Source of the DNA: Eledone cirrhosa | Lineage: Eukaryota | Direction: 5' to 3' | NCBI GenBank assembly: GCA_964016885.1 | Contig: OZ024742.1 | Span: 259,656,001 to 259,720,000, forward strand | Length of the DNA stretch: 64,000 nucleotides | In this document: piece by piece, positions 57,964 through 64,000 of the stretch | Layout: every line of letters starts with the position of its first letter | Numbering within the stretch: position 1 is the first letter of the stretch | Program-made: the position numbers and the translations under genes | The notes under the pieces: model-generated | The model's input: only the letters and a program-made list of their open reading frames with translations | Databases searched by the model: none | What the model was told of the DNA's origin: nothing

Positions 57964-59054
57964 GTGTATAGAATGAAGATGGAGTATTGAGTTTTCCTTA
58001 TAAAAAAAACTCAGAGCACCAAATAGAGAGCAGGAACTAATACCATGATGCATTTAATTTGGTACCACTCTAACAACCTTACCATCTTGCTTTCTGATCA
58101 GAAAGAAAAAAATCTATAAATTTAACCCTTTTGTTACCATACTCCCAATGAAAGGCACTGTGTATTGTTGTCAAATAATTTTGACAATAACTAAGAATTT
58201 TGAGTGATTTAATATTTAATAATATTTTAATAATATACCAATTTTTTATTAAGCTTGTGTTTGGAGCAAAATTTAACAAAGCTTCATACATAAACTTTGC
58301 TGGAAGGTTTTTTTTAGAAAAATATAACCACTTTAACCCTTTCGTTACAATATTTCTTGTGAAAAACAAAGATGCTGGAAGGAGTTAAGAACATAACTAA
58401 TTGTTTTATTACCGAATTGATGTTTGGGATATAGTTTAATGAAGGTCCGTACACAAAATGATGATGGGAAGATTTGAGATAAATATAAACACTTTAAAAT
58501 AGTTTTGTATCGTAAAAACTGGGGCGGTTTCAGACGATTTGATATCAAAAGTATTAAGCAGGAGCATTGCTGTATCATTTTCTTGCCATAGAGAATACAA
58601 AATATGCAGCTTAGCATGCAGTGTGAAACTTGAAGTATGGAGAGTTGTCCTAATAAACCAACTGCAATTATCGTTGTGAAATGTACTGGCAAATTGATAG
58701 TATTTAGACGGGCGTTTAATCAGATCAAAGCTTAACATGGAATCGTTATTATCTCCAGCAACTTCATCATCTCCTCCTACTGCTACCATCAATCTTCCAC
58801 TGATACCACTATCTTCCACCACCACTACCTTCTACTACTACTATCATCACCTACCACTGACACTACCACTCTACTGCTATCACTTCCACAACTAACACCT
58901 TATACCCCACTACCTTCCACTAACACCACTACCTTCCACCACTACTACTGACAGACGAAGTGCTCAATAATTATTTTATTTCTCACCCTCTTACCAACCC
59001 AAACTCCTGGCACCACCAACACACTACCATGCTCTCCATTCCCTCCTATGCCGC

Positions 59055-59066
59055 ATACATACAAAC

Positions 59067-59097
<31 letters not shown>

Positions 59098-59174
59098 CAT
59101 ACATACATACATACATACATACATACATACATACAAACTTACATACAAACTTACATACATACAAACTTACAAAC

Positions 59175-59205
<31 letters not shown>

Positions 59206-59226
59206 CATACATACACACATACACAC

Positions 59227-59257
<31 letters not shown>

Positions 59258-59282
59258 CACACTTACATACATACATACACAC

Positions 59283-59313
<31 letters not shown>

Positions 59314-59326
59314 CACATATACACAC

Positions 59327-59357
<31 letters not shown>

Positions 59358-59438
59358 CATACATACATACATACATACATACATACATACATACATACAA
59401 ACTTACATACAAACTTACATACATACAAACTTACAAAC

Positions 59439-59469
<31 letters not shown>

Positions 59470-59586
59470 CATACATACACACTTACATACATACATACAT
59501 ACATACACACTTACATACATACATACATACATACACACTTACATACATACATACATACACACTTACATACATACACATATACACAC

Positions 59587-59617
<31 letters not shown>

Positions 59618-59650
59618 CATACATACATACATACATACACATATACACAC

Positions 59651-59681
<31 letters not shown>

Positions 59682-59733
59682 CATACATACATACATACAT
59701 ACATACATACATACATACATACATACACACACA
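59055..59733. repeat. (TACA)n array with higher-order variant units (ACTT, AAACTT)
   Basis: Directly visible. Confidence 0.95.
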
Positions 59734-59838
59734 CCATTACGTTATATTCGACGTGAATGGAATGGAATTGAATAAGATGGGATATGAGGGAGTATTAAAA
59801 AAGAGATGGCAGAAGATGACGAAGGTGAGGAAGAAGAC

Positions 59839-59880
<42 letters not shown>

Positions 59881-61099
59881 CTGGTGAGAAAGATCCTATT
59901 GCTGTTGATAATGATATAGTGCTGTTTCTATGATCATCATCATCATCATCATGGTGATAATAAAAATGAATAAAATTTTAAAAAAATTAATGCCAAAGAT
60001 AACCTTATATGTACTACTTAATCCCCCCACCAACCCATCCAACATCTTTTAGTAGTTCATTTGTATCAATGTTAAATCATTTCCTCCCCACTCACCCTAC
60101 CAGCCAACCAGCCATCCAACCATCTATTTCATCCTATCCATTCCGTCTATCCATTAGTATACTACACCTCCTCTCTCTCCTCCTCACCCATCCATGCTGA
60201 AATGAAATGAAATGAAATTATCTGCTGCCTGCAACAGTAAAGACAATGTAGTTGTTCAAAATGTCTATTGGAGGTGCTGAGTAGGAAATTAGCGCTAGTT
60301 GGAAATAACAGTGTAGAAAGCAAAGACGTCTATACTTAACTGTTAGTTAGCTTAGCTTAGTCGAGAAATGAACCAACCTCGCCCGCCCTACATCGGCCAT
60401 CATTGATCAGTCACTGGAATGCGATCATTCATTCATATCACACTGTATTTGTTGTTGTTGTGTGTTCTTCATATTGATGTTGTTTTGCCTTCGTTGTTAT
60501 TGCTGCCGTTTTGGAAGGGGTGGTACTTTTATCTGATATGAGATGAAAAAAAAGATATAATAACCACCACCACCCTCTCTGCGAATTAAGATTGGCTTCT
60601 TTCATCCATACTATTCTATCTTCTGTGTTATTTGAATTTTTTAAACCAAACAACGATATAGAAGCAATTACATGGTAGAAGAGTCACTCTAGCTATTGAA
60701 AGAGAAAAAGAAACACAAAAAGCTGTGAAATTTATTTTACATTCATAAATTATGTCAAACTTTTCACTGCACTGTATGTGATATGGTCACTAAAACCATG
60801 TGATGAAACTAAAACAAATTCATTGCAAAAGGGGCATTAAAAAACACATCCACAAACACAGTTAAATTCGCATTAGATTTATTTCTAAATTTGGATCGAA
60901 ATGTTCGTCCACCACAACTGATTATACACGAATGTTTTATTCTGTTTCTCCGGTTGCATTGCGAGGGCAGCATTTTGACATGCCTCAGATAACTATATAT
61001 GGTCATGTAGCCCAATGGAAAGAAAACCTAGTCTGACAAGCCCAGAGAGTAGCCTGGTTTCACTGGCGTCAACTCTTTCTTTGCTATATTCATAATTGT

Positions 61100-61283
61100 T
61101 TCTACTTTTGGCACAAGGCCAGCAATTTCCCAGAGCATTACTGGTACTTTATTTTATCGACCCCTTAAATATGAAAGGCAAAGTTAACCTCGGCGCGATT
61201 TGAACTCAGAATGGCAAGGGCCGTAACTCTATACGTCAAATCATGGCATCCGACCCTCTACCGTTACTGCCAATCCACCGCCC
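61100..61283 (-). mobile_element. SINE (family B)
   Basis: ATGAAAGGCAAAGTTAACCTCGGCGCGATTTGAACTCAG is the reverse complement of the family B core. Confidence 0.72.
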
Positions 61284-63459
61284 TTTGCTATATTCATAAT
61301 GGGGCGGTTTCAGGCGGACTGTAAATAAATTTGTTATGGGACTGATAGTACAAAACATCACACAGACATGTCAAATCTCTCCCTTCTGACGGAGAGATCT
61401 CTCGCACACTTTGGGTTGGGTGGGAGATGTCTTCTCTTGTGAAAATGGGTATAGCCTTCATTATGTAAAATCTCACCATTTTACCTCATTTCTCCTCGTT
61501 TGAGGCCACTTTTTCATGGTACTCCCCGTTTGGGTTTTTAGATGTTGGCTGGTCTGATCCCACCACGGATGAGACAGCAGTTCATCTCAGTGTTAACCTC
61601 CACCTGCTATTGCTACGTATATTTCAGTTAAGTAGATTGGAACCCATCTGAAAGAAATGTCTTACTCAAGACTCAAAATATAATTTGTTCTGGGAATCGC
61701 ACCCACGAACTTGTGAATGTGAACTCGGCATCCGAAACCCTGGGCCCTGCCCCTTACATTATAATACAAGATAGACTGTACCTGTAATTTAAACGACAAG
61801 CCTTGTCACTCAGTATGTCACGCTGAACCTCCTTGAGAACCACGTTATGGTACACAGGTATGTGGAATTCTCATTCACTTTAATTCAATGAGCTAACTGT
61901 TGCGTTGTTTGCAACAGTTAGCTCATGCAACAATCATCGTAACTATCATCATAACTAATGGAACAATCATCGTCAAAACCGACAGAGGTCCAAGAATATA
62001 GAAGCCATCAATATTGAATTCTTGAGCAATTTCATCTATTAACGCTATATTCTGTTGATTTTCACAGTTATCTTCAACAGCTTCTCTTTATTTAATTAAA
62101 ACTTATCCATTTCACCAAACACGAAATTAACGAAATGAATAAATAAATAAATATACAATTAAATATCATATCACGTTTCTCCAATCACGTGTCTAATTGT
62201 TTGCAAGAGTTGTCAGATCTCAAATATATATAACTTCACAGCCAATGTATTCGTAAAAATTGATCAGATTTAATTCAATTTCGCGGCACACCTAGAGATT
62301 ATCGAAGAAACACTAAAAGTTTCGTGACATAGACATACAGTTTGGAAACCTCTGCACTTTAATATAAGTACATTATATTTAATCAGTTGACTGACAAATA
62401 AAATGGCCAATAAAAGCGCTGTGAAATGATGCGATATCTTTTGTTCAGCAGTCATTTTACTGGACAATGGTAAACCGTGAGTAAATCACACTAAATAATA
62501 TAATATCATAACATTATCCGCTAATACCATTTCGTTCCACAATAAAAGATGGAATATAGATAGAAGACGAGTGGAAGAAAACAATTACAGAAGACTAACC
62601 AAAACAAAACCTTTCACATAAGCTGCCTAAAACGCCAAGTAGACAAATGAAAATGTATCTATGATACGAATGTCAGATGTAAAAGATGTTTCTCTTTCTA
62701 TAGAAAAACAGATATGTTGTATTTACATAAAGTTGAAGTCAATCACGAACGATAACGCAAAGCTACTTGAATCGAAACAAGAGACACAAATAACTATTTT
62801 GTTGTTGTTTTTATTTCAGAAAAGTTTGAGAGATAGAGAGAAATAGAGGTTGAAAGATTTCTTCAATAATAAAGATTGTCCCTATACAAAATATGATCTG
62901 ATCAATGATTTAAGAGCAACTTTCCGATTGTCTTATACTTTAGAAAGCAGTCTTTGAAAACTAGTGGAGTGTTTACCGTCTCGTGTGGACGCATTATAGC
63001 TGAATATATAAGACGTTCGTTTCGCAATCCTTAGGTGTTGGGTTTGATCTTATTGCGTGGTAGCCTAGGGAAGTACCATTTTCCATAGCCTCGTGAAGGA
63101 AATTGGATAAATGGAAATCGTTGGGAATCCAGCAGAATGGACAGTACCTGTAATTCACACTAAATCTTCCATTAAATCTTACGTTAAAGATGCACGTGTC
63201 TGTGGAATGCTCAGCCACTTACATGCTAATTTTCAAAACAGGATGTTTCGTTAATCAAAAAGCTGGAACAATCATCGTCGAAACCGACTGAGGTCCATTC
63301 CTTTTGACTGAACAAAAAAAAAGAAGAAAATGGGATGATTATGACTGAAACGGTTTCTTTGATCACAGACCTCCTGAACCATGTCGGACCTGGGGTTAAA
63401 CAAAAAGCAGCCAATTTTAGATCATTTCATCACCCTGGAGTAATGGAATGAATTAGACC

Positions 63460-63710
63460 ATTGTGCAAGTAGCTGAGTTTTCCACAAACACGTGTATCTT
63501 TAATGTAGTTCTTAAGGGGATTCATCGTAGTACAGTGTGTGACAAGGGTGACCCTTTGAATTACAGGTACAATTCATCCTTGTCAGCTAAGTGGAGTGAA
63601 ATAACGGGATATAAAGAGTTTTGCTCGAAGAGACAACGTGCCGCTGAGAATTGAACTTATAATAGTATGATTGTGAAACGAACAACCTAACCACAAAGCC
63701 ACACACGTTC
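63460..63710 (-). mobile_element. SINE (family A)
   Basis: Reverse-strand match to the 35616 copy (TTTGAATTACAGGTACAA, CCTAACCACAAAGCCAC). Confidence 0.68.
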
Positions 63711-63796
63711 ATAAATGCACATAAATATCGAAATATTTACTACGTAAATCAGTCAATTTCCTTCTTTTTTTTTTTGTATCCATGATTATCCTGAGA

Positions 63797-63935
63797 AGGC
63801 GCGTGGCTTAGTGTTGGATTCACAATTGGTAAGGTTGTAAGTTCGGTTCCTAGCCTGAGGCGGCGTGTTGTGTTTTTGACGAAGAGACTTTATTTTACGA
63901 TATTCCAGTTCACTCAACTGAGGAAAATGAGTTAG
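63797..63935 (+). mobile_element. SINE (family A) 5' part
   Basis: GGCGCGTGGCTTAGTG head, GTTCGGTTCC B-box-like, ACTTTATTTTACG..CCAGTTCACTCAACTG. Confidence 0.68.
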
Positions 63936-64000
63936 AACATAACTGGTGCCAAGCTATATTGGCATTTGCATGTACCTCGGACAACATCTGATATCCTCTG

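Noticed and set aside
58121-58390. TTAACCCTTT...AAGGAGTTAA piggyBac-like MITE ends
   Set aside because: Termini are too degenerate and nested to define an element confidently.
58960-59887. 271-279 aa HTYI-repeat ORFs
   Set aside because: Translation of the (TACA)n array.

Overview
Very AT-rich animal genomic DNA dominated by (TA)n, (CA)n, (GA)n, (TACA)n and (TATC)n microsatellites. The repeat content resembles an octopus/coleoid cephalopod intergenic or intronic region (inference, not verified). I recognise no host protein-coding gene, and almost all ORFs in the track are translations of microsatellites. The real content is mobile DNA: two 5'-truncated Penelope-like retroelements (PLEs) with open GIY-YIG endonuclease ORFs and inverted pseudo-LTRs, several shorter PLE remnants, RTE and R4/Dong-like LINE fragments, tRNA-derived SINEs, a non-autonomous Helitron, Tc1/mariner-type MITEs and a U6 snRNA pseudogene. 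The main hidden signal is about 20 type I hammerhead ribozyme (HHR) motifs, read by eye, from at least 10 unrelated sequence families. Most lie in short islands embedded in (TA)n runs and often in fold-back (inverted) pairs. They include palindromic stem III (dimer-type) forms, forms with 70-100 nt stem II insertions, and three families with the compensatory U3-A8 core (UUGAAAA). In one fold-back arm the ribozyme has been precisely deleted. All coordinates and folds were read manually and need computational confirmation.
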